A stretch of 54,081 bases of DNA, the filler included, from Sphacelaria rigidula (taxonomy: Eukaryota): NCBI GenBank assembly GCA_964200075.2. It is 5 parts of 5 records of this genome, joined end to end, with 100 filler letters (N's around TTAATTAATTAA, not from the genome) between each part and the next. Parts side by side here need not be neighbours in the genome. Positions count along the whole stretch, not along the records: positions 10,839 to 21,574 come from CAXNAA020006006.1; positions 21,675 to 32,410 come from CAXNAA020006007.1; 3 more parts are not named here. One strand, given 5' to 3'. Shown piece by piece: positions 13,270 to 26,361 of this stretch (positions within the stretch are counted from its first letter, which is position 1; the number at the start of each line of letters is the position of its first letter). Both the position numbers and the translations under genes were made by a program. The notes under the pieces were generated by a model. It had not been told where the DNA came from and did not search any database. It saw nothing but the letters and a program-made list of their open reading frames with translations.

Positions 13270-13615
13270 CCGCTCGCCCCGGTGGCTCAGTTGGTAACCT
13301 CGAAAACGTCTTGGGTCGTGGGTTCAAATCTCGGAGCAATCTGGGATTTTTTCTCACACAATGCCCAACAGTGACGAGCGACTATATCGTAGGTACATAA
13401 CGTAACGGTTGACGAGGGAAAGGGACTGCTGAGCCCCTCTCGCGATAAAAAAGAAAGGCAAGCACCGCAGAAGGAAGGTGAAGTGGTGAAAACAAAAAGA
13501 AAAGAACTCCTGTGTTGACCTTCTTCCTGTGTGACCCCGGCTGGTGCGCCTACATCTACCGAAAGGTGTAGACCGGCGTCCAGAATAGATGAGACGACAA
13601 CACAGCACACACACA
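13270..13615 (+). mobile_element. tRNA-derived SINE family A (free-standing copy)
   Basis: A box TGGCTCAGTTGG, B box GGTTCAAATC and a (CA)-rich tail. Full-length similarity to the copies at 32628, 37289 and 41549. Confidence 0.85.
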
Positions 13616-15479
13616 GTTGTAGTATACGAATATATCAATATTATCATGCTTGCTGTCTGTGTTCGCTGCTGCGTACCAACCACAGCAGTGACGCCTTGGA
13701 CGGTACTACCTGCTCATTGCACAGCGGCAGGGTTAGGGTGTGTTGATATGTTGCAGGGTGGATAATGGCCCTGTGTAGAGCTGTTTTTTGCTGATAGCGC
13801 CATGCCGTGTGTAGGCTAGACACGCCCTGCTTGTTGTGTTTCCATAACGATGCTACTTGACCAGATAGGGATATCGTAGCTCCTGGCTCTCTCTCCTCGT
13901 TGCCATCGGCTCTTCCTTTGTTTGTTCTCCTTGTCTTTTTCGGATCTTCCTATCTAACGTTGTTCAGTCTCCGGTGCGCAGGCTCTGTAGAGGATCCCTT
14001 CGAAAAGCACTCTAGACAGTGGATCCATTTTTGGACTGGTCTCTATTCTACGCGATCGTTTCGGTTATCGGCTTACTCGTTATTACTACTCGGTGTATAC
14101 ACTAGTACGTGGCAAGGTAGCCGGAGAGATCGCACGCGGGGGCTTTTTATTTTTTCGGTAGGTCTCCTGTATTTCAATCGGTCTTATACGGATATATCGT
14201 AGTGTTGGTACCCTTTTTCGTGTAGATATTCCTTTCTTGTCTTCCTCTGCAGGCTGTTTGAATTATGGGTATGGGTGCAATGCTCCTCGCACTCTGTGGC
14301 CATGGGTTCAGGAGATCGAGCTGATGTGACGAACATTATAATGACAATAATAAATAGACGACTATAGGGCAATATGATCGCGGGTCTCCCAAACCACCTC
14401 CAGCCCAATGACGATTCATAAAAAATAAAGATACGCTATCCATCAGGGTTGGCGCGCACACGGTCACAAGAAAGATCAGAAAGACGCAATTCCAACCCAC
14501 TCTGAAGACAACCTATGTACATGCATCATTTCACATTTTTCACCACTTTTGCCAACTTTTCTCTGCCAGCAAGGCATTTCATCCCGCGCTTTCTATTGCA
14601 ACGCACGAAGAAGGCGCAGCGGCACATTACCGTTCAGATAGCTGCGGCGCGTGTTCTAGCCACCGAAAGTCGCCCAAACTGGCTCTTTTTCGCGGGGTGT
14701 CGATCCCGAACCACGAAAGCCTCTTAAAGATGGTGGAAAACTTCAAACAGGAACCCGAACCACAAAAGCCTGTTCATGGCGGGGTATTTTTCACGGTTAG
14801 GACAAATCACGATTTATACAAGTTGACTCCTCATGAAATGACAGGAGTCAACTTGTATTCAACTGGTAGTCCCGCATGCACCCGACGGTGAATAACATAT
14901 GCAGTATAGTCATCTCAACCGCATACAGATTGGGAGAAACGTACGACTGATGCAAGATCCATGTCGCGAGAGGATTCAACGATGTGCCGACTCTTCGTTT
15001 TGCACGGGTCATACGCATGGCATAGATGTAGATGCCATTCATGCTTCATGGTACGTGTGGGTGGCATGTACAATCGATTCATTTCGCATTTTTCTACAGG
15101 GGATTGGTATGTGTCCATGATCTACGCCCTATGACCTGAAGGTAGGAAACAGGTATCGTTGACGGTGTACTGCAAAACACAAGAGCTCGAAACCTGTATA
15201 AATTACAAATGATGTACGAATCATATGGCTCCTTCGTTGGGATGACGAACATGAGTTGAATCACAACTTTATTTGTCCTAACCGTGATATGTTTCCACCG
15301 TGATTTTGTTTGCGTTCTCGTTGATCCGGGAGCACGAAATAGCGGACTGGTGCCAAAAGGATGACGCAGAGGCAGCGATACGGCACGCAAAAGCTGCACA
15401 CCAAGATGCACTGACAACACCTGGGACCGACAGTATCAACCCTAACTCATCCTAGCCCACGCCAGGCACGTAGAGCATT

Positions 15480-15930
15480 GTGTTTGGTTCCCATCTCTGA
15501 CTGCTTTATCTCTTTTTCCTCGTCGTTTCTTGTCTGTTTTTTTGTTTCGCCGGTGCGTCCCCCCCCCCCACCCCTCCCCTCGGAAACGAGCCTGGCTCTG
15601 TCTTCTTGTCTCTTGTTTTCCTTTCTTTACGTTTTAGTCTTCTATTTTTTCTTTTCTTCTATTCATTTTTCTCTTTTTTTTTTCTTATCAGAAGTTGTGG
15701 TGTTACATTCAGCTACGTAATGCGAGCTAATTATCTTGTTGTGTTGTTTGTGTGTGTTTGTTTGTCGTTGTTATTGGGTGCTTGCTGTTGTTTGTTTTTG
15801 CTGTTGTTGTTATCTATTGTTTTGTTGTTGGTGTTGTTACTGTTGTTGTCTCTGCTTCCTTTCTTCTTTCTTTCTGAGGTCGTTGCTTCTGTCTTTTTCT
15901 GTTTCTTTCCTTTTTTTTTCCCTGCTGTTC
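15480..15930. repeat. T-rich/(TTG)n low-complexity tract
   Basis: Directly visible. The overlapping hydrophobic ORFs are compositional artefacts. Confidence 0.8.
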
Positions 15931-16385
15931 CTGACCACGGGCTGGATTGTTGCAATCAGCTAAGGTGAGATTATAATCACTCAATCAATCAATATACGAA
16001 GACGGCGGTTATGCAGCGAATGTCATGAGAACATGAGAGCAAAACAGTTGAAAACATTTGAGCATTGCCTTCGCCTTAGTCAGCAGCAAACACAAGACCG
16101 TGCAATGAGCCGTTGGCGAGTTGAACAAGGCACAGACGTGGGCAAACGTCCCCACTGTGGATCGCTTGTAGAAGACCAGGGCAGGGGGGTACCGAAATCC
16201 CTGTGATCATGCAACCCGTAAGAGAGAGTTCCCTTGCAGGATGCACCTGTGAAGTACCGGCGCAGGGAGGTCCTTGTGACAGGGATGACGGAGATGTGAC
16301 AGGGATGCATCCCTACGCAGGTACTTTGCAGAGGGGACCTACAGAAATGTACGTAAACAGTCGTTGGTACTATGGAGATGCCGCC

Positions 16386-16431
16386 AACCCTAACGCTAAC
16401 CCTAACCCTAACCCCGACCCTAACACCGACC
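16386..16431 (+). repeat. Degenerate interstitial (CCCTAA)n telomere-like repeat inside a short inverted repeat
   Basis: AACCCTAACGCTAACCCTAACCCTAACCCCGACCCTAAC, flanked by an inverted pair at 16335-16371 and 16649-16685. Confidence 0.7.
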
Positions 16432-17291
16432 AAGGCATACCGATAACCCTCGGGCAAGGGGGGTGCAGAGTGTTTCTTGAGTAAAGCGTGCGTTGCGAGA
16501 GCTCAAATCGACGCCTTTGAGCCGACTTTGGACCAAAACACGTTTTGGACGAGCTGCTCCTACTGCTCACCACTGCTCACCACTGCTAACCTGCCCCAAA
16601 TCATAATTTTTCTCTGAACGTTCTTCAGTGTAAAATCATGTAAAATCGAGTACCAATCATTGTTTACGTACATTTGTTTAGGTCTACCAAGTGTGATTGT
16701 AAATCCGTGTGCGCGGGGTGGGGCCGGCATGTAGAGAACCCTGCACAAGTTCGCCGTGTACTACCGGGACGCGACTTTTTTTTAGTAGCAATCACTTGCG
16801 ATGTGTGCTGTGATGGGTCTCGTGCGTGATGGTGCTTTTGCCGCCTCCGCACACCGCCCATGAAGCAAGTTCTTCGTGCTGGAGTGCCCACCCCTATTCC
16901 CGCGATGATCTCCACTCTTGGTCTGAGACAATTGAAACTGTGGAATATGACCGTATCTCCTCGAAGGTATATATTCTCCCACACAAATGCCTCCATAATA
17001 TTGAAAAGGAAAAACACTGATATATTTTCGACTTGCGTTACCCCCGGGAGGCCAGAACCAACCTCCCGGAGGGGAAATTTTTATATATATCATCTCCCGA
17101 TAATTGCATTGCACTACTTAACGTTTGCTGACCGCTGACGACACCACCATCTTCCGCCAAGGATCGACCTACATGCTGAGCACTGCGTTTATGCGCATCC
17201 TCCCTTCTGCTACGGGACTCAGACAATCGAGGACACTCTGACCGTATGGTCGCTACTGTAGCCGTTGTTACTACAGTACAGAGCAAGGTAT

Positions 17292-17619
17292 ATTCGAGTG
17301 AACAGGCTTTTCAGTACAGTCTACGGTACTGATCAAGACATGGTGCAGAGGTACTTGTCTTTTCGGGTTTTGACAGTTACATGCGGTGACATTTACTACC
17401 ATAGTAGGCCTATGTATTGTACTTACGTACGCAATGTCTGGTTGAGAGGCCCCGCCCCTCACGGTGTTGGGTAGCCACCCACATCACTTCCTTCTCTTTG
17501 CTTTGTCTAGCTCTGTGATACTACTCTGCTATAACAAAATGATCGGCTCGGCCGTGTCCTTTAATCGACTTCACCAGTCGTGTCCATCTGTCCTCGTGTA
17601 CGAATCACGTAACAAGGGA
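17292..17619 (+). repeat. ~330-bp direct repeat, copy 1
   Basis: Clearly homologous to 21121-21447, including an identical CTGATCAAGACATGGTGCAGAGGTACTTGTCTTTTCGGGTTTTGACAGTTA. Confidence 0.85.
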
Positions 17620-20600
17620 CACTGTAGAGTCCAAGTGATGTGCCAACTGCTTGTGGTCCAAACCTCTGACCAAGATGACAAAACAACGAGACGAGGTCAT
17701 ATCCCCAACAGCGACCGGGGACGACGCGGACTTTAGAGGCAGAGTGTGAAAAGCAAAGGCAGCGATGTAACGAGTAAGTAGTGCACGGGGCACTGGCCGC
17801 GGGCGGGGAGAAGAAGTCAGGTGGTGGGAAGCATCTCACCACGCGCACAGGGTTTGGGACGCCCCGGTGCCGAGTAGTCGAAAGACCAGTTTAGGTCAGC
17901 TCTGGAGCGTGGGCTTTTCCCCTGGCGTACCCACTGCACCTGTGGGAGACGTGTTTTGCGAAAGCGCCGTCACCACTCAGCTGCAACACTGTGCAGGGGG
18001 CGAGCGCCGTTTACCTTACGTGCGGCGAAGAGGTACAGAGGTTTCATCGCTGGACACAAGTCCCGAACGTGAGTACTACACCGGATGGAGTGGTGCCGCG
18101 GGGATACATGGATGTTGTCAAGGTGTTCCTAGTTCCCGTGATCATCCGCGCTGTGATGGGTTTCGATTTTGTGGGTGGAGCCGAACTGTTACATGACACT
18201 CACGGGGACGAAACGTAATAGTGGCTGTAAGCATGTCTGCAGGCGGCTGCTAATCAGTGTGTTCCAGACGAATATGGGGATGTGATTTGTGGCGCTGTAA
18301 TATGCTTCTCATGTTTCAACAGCAAGGTAAGATGTCAGAGGAACTGAGCTGGAGCGACTGTTTGGCTGGAAAAATGCTGGGTACGTTTTCCCCATCTCGG
18401 CGGGACAAAGGTTCTCGAGATGATAGTTGATGCGTTCCGACCTGCGGTTGTATGTGACGAAATATCTGGGTCAACACGTAAAATTAGACGGAGAATTGTT
18501 CGACGATGTAAGATGAAAAAAAAGAATATCCGCTAGAACCTCACGTGTGTTGTAAAACATGAAAGTCTGTAAAGCTGGTACAGAAGGTGGATGACCTTGA
18601 CCGGCGTTGAGATCTCTTTACCAGAATGTACCGATCTCAACGTGAGTGAATTACACCTTCTATTCTCCCTGAAAGTGTAGGTTACCGTTTTCCTAGCTTG
18701 GCAGGTTGACGACAAAAGGTGCTTGTTGTCATATCGGGTAGATGACTCGAATGCATGATGATGTTCGTATGTGACCGACGTTGGGACCTTTTTACAACGA
18801 AGTACCGTTCCCAACGTTAGAGTATTGCACTATTCGCTTTTCCTTGGAGTGTAAGTTGAACTCGGTTGGTTGACGGGTAGGTATCTCGATTGCATGAAGT
18901 ATTGCACGATCCAAACTCTCTTGGAGTGTAGGTAGATTTTCCCTAACTTGGTTGGTCGATGTCGAAATGTATTTTTGGTACCTGGTTATCTGCGGATATA
19001 CCTCTCTTTTTGGCGCTGGGGTCATGCTTACACGACACGCCGACCCATTCCAATGTATTCCACTTTTTTGTCACCTGCGGAGTGTGGCGCACGGGGCACC
19101 GCTCCCAGCTAGCATGATTGTTGACAAATTATGAAGATCGTCTCAATAGGTGCAGTGTGGGTAGACGCTACATCCCTGACTTGATTGTACAGATGATATC
19201 GATATTTCGTTATCTCAGTGGAGTACAGAGCAGCAGGACACAGCAAGAAGTACCCATGTGATTGATGACGACCAGCTGAATTTCAAGATATATGCTCCGG
19301 GGAGTCAAAAGTCTTGGTTTGATTATACTGCTTGGTCCTTCATTTTTACAGAGTAGAGAGGGGCACTTCTCCTCGTGGACTTGTTGGACTGCCCCTTGAT
19401 TTCGATTCCCATAAGGGTGGAAACACGAGAGGTGCCAAAGTGCGTTTGGGAGTGGCTTGTGGCATTGGCGGTGAACCAACTGGGGGGGGGGACTGTTTGA
19501 AAAGGAGCAGTAATGACTGGTGCCCTGTGAGGTACAGACTGAGATGCACATCACGTATTCCTGCTCGCCCATCGGAATGAAACTGTGTTAGGCATGACAT
19601 GAGAAATAAAAAATGCTACATTGCACCCGTTTTGGATGTGGTTTTGGAGCTGTGAGCTAGCAGAACTAGGAACATGCGGTAAACAAACGGTGTTCCATGA
19701 TATGATGAAACAAGAAATGCTCATTTTTCACCCCAGTGACTGGTGGTCAAGGTATATGCTGACGGCACTGGAATCATGTGCGGTGGGTAGACATGCTAGC
19801 ACTGCATGCTAAAACAAGAGTGTAGGGCGTAAATTGTTCTTCGTTGTTGGCCGAGTTGTAACCGGGCAAACTGGATAAAAACGTTCGCGGGCATGTTCAC
19901 ACAAGAATGATGAACAAGAGTGTAACTGGAATACTATGAATTAGTGAAGAAGCACAGATTCACATGCGTAATTCATGCGCAAAGTAACGATGACTGTTGA
20001 GATGAAACACTTTGTGGACTACTAGTGTTTTTGACTGTTTGATTATAACGGTCGGTGGAGTGAGATATCGCTATTATTGATGCGACCGGGTAACGGATAG
20101 GCTTCTGAATGAGTCCCGATCCCCACTGTCTTGCGTCGAGCCTTACGTTCCGGTGAGGCTCGATATCTGTATCTTTTTCTTCGGCGATAGGTGTCAAGCT
20201 AAATGTTGGGTGAATGCGAATCGGCAACGAGCACAACCCCCGCTGCATGGATCTCTCGATGGACATCGGCGGAGAGAGGGAACAATGCTCGGCGATGTAG
20301 AAGACCCCCCTTTCCGTGGCCCGCAACGAGGGGGGAAAGAGAGAGATACAGACTATTTGGAAGCGAAGAAGAACAGGGGGGGGAACTGTGATGCCATGTT
20401 GTGCTTTCGATTGTGCGTGTTGGAAACCCTTGAACAAATTTCGCTCCGCCGGTTCGCGACGCAGATTTTTGGTACATGATTGATCATATGCTTGACTGAA
20501 TGTATGTCGAAAGGTGTTGAGAATTTGTACTCCGCCGGATCGCGACGTAAAAGTTGCATAGTTGTTGACTGAACGGCTTGTTTCTGTTCCCTATTTCGAA

Positions 20601-21120
20601 GATTGGTATCTCGAGGGTTTGAAAAATGGGCATGTGTACGTGATGATGCGCACGCTGTACTGCAAGATGGGTGTGAAATAAACCTCACCTGAGGGGCTTG
20701 ATTGTGTACTATGTTGCAAAGTTAGATGATTGTCTGGACCGATACTCGTTGTGCACTGTATTGCTTGCACCATTGAAAGGCACAAGACGCCGGAGTTTTT
20801 GTTTGCTAATTTCCAAGTGCGGATATTATTCTATTTTCGCGAAAACTTGATTTTTTCGTGGTACACTGATCGGGAATTTTTAGCGCAAGAATTTGAATGA
20901 GGTTTGAACAGTGGATTTTGGTGTAATTTTTCGAAAGAATGGGTGCACCTATGATACTCCTACATGATGTATCTGGGGGGCAGGTACGATATTTTCCCGA
21001 AAGTACCTATTTGGTGACGTGTGCAGTTCGGAGAGATGTCTCTGCTCACATGATAAATTGTTATTGTCTGGACTGGTTTGCTCGTAGGCCAACTACTGAA
21101 ATTCCAGTGCAAGGGGAGTG

Positions 21121-21447
21121 TTCGAGTGAACAGGCTTTTCAGTATCGTGAGCGGTCCTGATCAAGACATGGTGCAGAGGTACTTGTCTTTTCGGGTTTTG
21201 ACAGTTATATGCTCTGGAATTTGCTACCATAGTAGACGTATGCATTGCACTAACGTACGCACTATCTGGTTGAGAGGCCCCGCCCCTCACGGTGTTGGGT
21301 GGCCACCCCAATCACATTATTTTATTTGCTTTGTCTAAGTATATGATACTACTCTTCTACACAAACACGATTGGCTCGGCCGTGTCCTTTGATCGACTTC
21401 ACTAGTCGTGTCCATCTGTCCCTGTGCATGGATCACGTATAAAGGAG
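21121..21447 (+). repeat. ~330-bp direct repeat, copy 2
   Basis: Homologous to 17292-17619. Confidence 0.85.
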
Positions 21448-21574
21448 CAAGGTAGTCACGGTATTTCGGGGGTACGTGGACGCCTTGCGTAGAGGAGCCA
21501 TCCTACGATAGGGGGGGGGGGGGGGGGGGGTTTGGTTGGCCGACTTAGGGGGTTGACAATTGACTACGACACCC

Positions 21575-21674
21575 NNNNNNNNNNNNNNNNNNNNNNNNNN
21601 NNNNNNNNNNNNNNNNNNTTAATTAATTAANNNNNNNNNNNNNNNNNNNNNNNNNNNNNNNNNNNNNNNNNNNN
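21575..21674. other. Artificial contig linker
   Basis: N44-TTAATTAATTAA-N44. Confidence 0.98.
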
Positions 21675-21759
21675 GACATGTTTCGTCCCGGCTTTGTAGG
21701 GGTGCGAGGTCAATGTTCATATGACTACGGCATGCAACATCATGAGAACACCCCCCCCA
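21675..21759 (+). mobile_element. LINE 3' end (subfamily B) with C-tract
   Basis: Reads GCEVNVHMTTACNIMRT followed by CCCCCCCC. Matches 5085-5155. Confidence 0.7.
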
Positions 21760-21870
21760 CGCGCTATTTTTGGTTTGTCTTATGTCCCCTGCTCCTCCTA
21801 TTCGCACATATTTGTTCGCTTATCTGATGGTTTGCCTGCATATCCTTTAATCTTTATCTCTCTCATGCAG

Positions 21871-22493
21871 GCACAAAAACGCAGCCGCTCAGGGAACAGC
21901 AGCAGCAAGACCAGACCGCTGCTCGAGGGGGACGCAACAACGACCCGACGACTTTCCCTGCTAGCAACACGACCAGGGACAACAACAACAGCAACAACAA
22001 CAACAACCCGGCACTATTTTGGCGCCACGCAGGAATAAGCGGAACCCCTGGCGCCACAGGGAGTAACAGCAAGACTATCGTTAACGACAACGACAGCAAC
22101 AACAGCCGGCGGCCGCTCCAGCAGCAGCACCAACGCCAACAACCAACGGGGCGCACAGCGCCGCCTGCGGCTGCAGCGGCAGCAGTCACTCCGTCTCTTG
22201 CTCGGAGAACCCAAACAGTAGGCCAACTGCGTATCCTGTCAAAGGTAATCGGTGCTGACGACCCCACGCCCCGAGCTGCCCCCTTTCACCCCCCCCCGTC
22301 ACCGGCCGATTACTCTCCCCGTGCCGAGCACGCAGTGCCGCCGGCGGCAGGGGCGGGAGATGGGGGGGGAGCGGGGGGCACGGTTGCCGTGGACCTCGGG
22401 AGCACGGTACGATACGGCGATGGCGACATATTCGGAGGTGCCGCTGCCGCTTCCGCTACTACGGGTGGGGCAAGTAGGGGACAGCCGGCTGAT

Positions 22494-22527
<34 letters not shown>

Positions 22528-23016
22528 GAGGAGGAGGAGGAGGTACTCGGGGTGAGGGTGTGGGTCGGGGCGAGAATACCAAGAAGAGCGTTCGAGACGA
22601 TGCTTCGGCGCCCGACGGGGCAGACCAAGCTGTGACTACGAGTACTATATGTGGTGGCCCGGCAAGTACAGCAGTAGCGCCACCAGTGGAAGAAGCTGCT
22701 CTTCTGGCTCGTGGTGCTGGAGGTGCGCCGGTGTCTGAGGCGGCGCCGCCTGCGGCGGCGACACCCCACGGGGGCCCTTTTCATCCGGCGGCACTGCGCG
22801 GGGTTGCGGTTATCGGTACTGGTGTGAGATGTAGGACGGCTGCGGCAGGGCTGGCTGTTAGTACGGCTGAGCCGGCACTAGCGGTCGCGGCGCCGGTGGC
22901 GGCGGGCGGGGGAGGGACTGCGGTGGGGGAGGGCGGGACGGGCGGTGGTGCACTATTGTCGGGCGGACTGGTCGACACAGAATTTCGAAGGAGGCTCGAA
23001 GACCCGCAAAAAAAAG
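21871..23016 (+). CDS. Internal exon (1146 nt, phase 1-1) of an unknown low-complexity Ala/Gly/Gln-rich protein
   Basis: Pyrimidine tract plus TGCAG acceptor ending at 21870. The frame is open from 21870 to 23033 and GC-rich. AG|GTGCGT donor at 23017. Confidence 0.7.
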
Positions 23017-23180
23017 GTGCGTGCATGCGATAGACGGTGGTGGGCGCATGCATTATTGTTCTTCTTCAATCGGAGTGTCATGTACTACAGCAAATGAAGT
23101 GCCGCAGACTAGTTCACCACTGGCTCGTGCAATGTTCGTTCATTCGTTTGCTTGCTGTGTCACCTTTCGTCGGCTACTGT

Positions 23181-23214
<34 letters not shown>

Positions 23215-23268
23215 GCAGCGGCAGTAGTAGTATTGTAGTAGTAGTGGCAGTAGTATTGTAGTAGTATT

Positions 23269-23354
<86 letters not shown>
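23181..23354. repeat. Compound microsatellite (GCA)n-(GTA)n, intronic
   Basis: Directly visible. Confidence 0.95.
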
Positions 23355-23357
<3 letters not shown>

Positions 23358-24050
23358 TCTTGCAGAGGTTGTAGTAGCATTAGTATTAGTGTCATTGGAG
23401 TGACTTGCATGTCCGTTGAAAAATTGGCGGCGGCTACGCACTATGTGCACTACTAGAATATGATGCCGAGTCACAAAAACAAAAATCGTCAATAAGTTCC
23501 AAAAGGGTGAACGAATCCCCAAGATGCCAATCCGTGGTCATTTAGGTAGGCGTCTGTAACCGAGGTGAGCAGAACCGAGGTGTATACGTATGCGCAGTAG
23601 AAATAGGGCATTCTGCGATTGATCAAGAGTGCTATGAATGATTGTATTGTAGATCAGCAACGCCCTAGATTTGGCCCAAAACATACTCCAACTCGAAAAA
23701 TCATGATGGGTAAAATAATTGACTTGTGTTGTGTTGTACATAGCACGACTGTGCACGGTGCAATGATGTATATGAGTGAGGCAATACATCCCAGGTGAGT
23801 CAAAGCTCTCTGTAGGAAGGAAGCCGGTCAAGACAGCACTTGCGGGTGACGTGGCGATACTTCTGTTACTCTAGTTTCAGACGGTAAAACCAAGTAGATC
23901 CTACTTCTTTTTCGGCTACATGGAAACCCTCTCTTTCTCCCGTGCCGGCGTTTTGATTACCTGGGTCCTCCACCTATGACTAAATAGCCTTCTAGCTTCC
24001 TATGTTCCCTTCTCCGTCTCTCTATCCTCCCCCTCCAACAGCTTTATCTC

Positions 24051-24318
24051 CAAAGGGATGTGTGGCCAATGGACAAAAGGCTAAGGCAAGCAATAAATGA
24101 GTACGCCCCCCCTCCCCACACGTGCTCCGTCTCGAAAGGGATGCGTGGTCAATGGACAAAAGGCTAAGGCAAGCAATAAATGAGTACGCCCCCCCCCCCC
24201 CTCCCCACTCCAACCTGGTCCGGCGAGACCCCGGCGTGCTCCGTCCAGGCTTTGTAGGGATGCTAGGTCAATGGTCACATGGCTATGGCATACAAGATCA
24301 TGCGAGTACACCCCCTCC
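24051..24318 (+). mobile_element. Three head-to-tail 5'-truncated LINE 3' ends, each ending in a C-tract
   Basis: 24051-24119 and 24121-24208 match the end at 52815-52890 (inverted). 24211-24318 matches subfamily B. Confidence 0.75.
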
Positions 24319-24424
24319 ACAATCCAACAGCAAAAACTCCCAAGCATTTTGCGCTACGCTGTTGTCCGAAACATAACATGACAAAACGAATCGAAACAAA
24401 ATCACACACAACGAAACCGTGCAG

Positions 24425-24669
24425 GGAATCTGGTGAAACACCCAACATTCGTCCGGGACACGCGGAAGCACCTCAACGCTCGCTTCGCCGAACCCGAGGG
24501 TCAGGAGTACACACCGGGCCCCGTGATGCCGCGAATGCGAAGGTCTCACAGCGTGTCGGAAACGCTGGCGATTGGCTTCAACTCTTCGGCCAACAACTCC
24601 CCGCCCCTGTCTCGGGAGCTGGGATCGCCCGTCCTCGAGTGCATCAAGCTCATTCAGGATGATAAATAA
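24425..24669 (+). CDS. Terminal exon of the same unknown gene (…NLVKHPTFVRDTRKHLNARF…ECIKLIQDDK*)
   Basis: GTGCAG acceptor ending at 24424. Phase 1 start completes the split Gly codon from 23016. TAA at 24667-24669. Confidence 0.65.
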
Positions 24670-24928
24670 GGATACAATCAATGCATCTGGAGGCAGGGGT
24701 GAACGCCCGGGGTATGGTACGCTTCATTGCACGCGCCGCGCCTATGGTTGATTCGTAATTTTTCGGGTCGTTTGCTGGCGCCGTTATCAATGTTGTGTTG
24801 AGAGGGGGAGGGGGGGTTATGCACAGCTGTCTTGAACCGAGGATAAAACTAAGATAGCTCATCTCGCAGTACTACGAATCGCGTATTCTGGTCCGTATCT
24901 AAAATTTCGAGCGCGACATCGACGGTTC

Positions 24929-24971
<43 letters not shown>

Positions 24972-25289
24972 TCCCCCCCTCCCCCCCTCCCGACCCACAC
25001 CCCCACCAAGAAAGGGGCCAGCCCGTTCATTAAGATATCTCCTCCCGCAGTACTCCGACTCGCCTCTTCTGGTCCCTCTCTAAAATTTCGCGCGCGACAT
25101 CGCCGGTTCTCCCCCCCCCCCCCCCCCACACACACACACCACTTTCCCTTTTCCTCCTCTTCCCGTTTGAAGCAATGAGCTCTGAATGAGAAAGGGGTGA
25201 ACCGTTATGAATTAAGAGTCGCAGATGTTGGAATATTGATCGGCTCCGTGTGCGCAGGAAGACTAAAAGTTTTCGTACTCTTGTCGTGG

Positions 25290-25324
<35 letters not shown>

Positions 25325-26204
25325 ATTGTTGCTGTGTAAAAGAGTGCGCGAGAAAAAAACATTGATGTCGCTACCCTCTGTTACCTCCCCACATGTGTCC
25401 CTGCCCCTTAAATACATTTTTCCTCTAGGAAGAACGGATGGTCGTTCTAAATATTGGGTGGTTTCCGATTGGTCGTGCCCCCAACTACAGTGAAACGAGC
25501 TGTATGTAGTGGATGCTTACGGTGGAAAGCGTCTGGAAATCAAATTGTTGAGGGGAAACATAACACGTTCGTTCCTTGAACCCAGCATTATATCGCAGTG
25601 TTTTATTTTCGGGCGCGGTGGATGCCGTTTGGCGGGAGTTTTTTTTCTCTTGTTATCTGTGTTGGTATGCATGCTGCCTCTCTGTTGTTGGCCGAGCGCC
25701 GTGGTGAAATGCACCGTCAAACCTTGCCGTACACCGAGAAATAAGTGTTTGTGCTGTGTAGAAGACACACATTTGCGCGAGGCTACTAACGGGTAGGGCT
25801 GTCGGGGAAGAAGGCACGGGCGTGTACTAAAAAAAAGGGCAACATAAAATGTCATGCTTGTTGACCAACTCCTCATGTTTTGCTCCTCGGCGAACAACAG
25901 AGATAGCGTTTGCTCCCTTGAACAGAGGCGGTCCTGTAGTGGTGGTTATGGAGTGTACGTGGCGGTACTCTCTCAATATATTATTAGTAAAATGTTGCTT
26001 TTTTTGTGCATCACGTTCTCTGTCGCGATCGTGAGTGAAGATAAGTACTATCGAACGTCGACGTGTCCTTTTTGTGTGCTATGCGGTACTTATATTATTT
26101 TATTTTTTCGGCTTCCAGCATGTTCGGCGACCGTTTGGTGACACACCATGCTCGTCCTGACACATGCACACATTTTGACAGTACATGTCTTGCCGGCAGC
26201 GCGG

Positions 26205-26361
26205 CGGGGGGCGGGGGGGGGGGGGGGGGGAGGGGGAGGGGTTGCGCTTTTTGTGGGGGGGGACCCCGCGTTGCCGGGGGGGGGGGGGGGCGGGGGGGGG
26301 GGGGGGGGGGGGGTGGGGGGGGGGGGGGGGGTGTGGGTGGGGGGGGGGGGGGGGGGGGGGG
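26205..26361 (+). repeat. Poly(G)-rich tract
   Basis: Long G runs. A similar poly(C) tract lies at ~24930-24990. Confidence 0.9.

Noticed and set aside
24051-24318. CRISPR-like repeat-spacer pattern
   Set aside because: The repeats are LINE 3' ends, there are no unique spacers or cas genes, and the context is eukaryotic.
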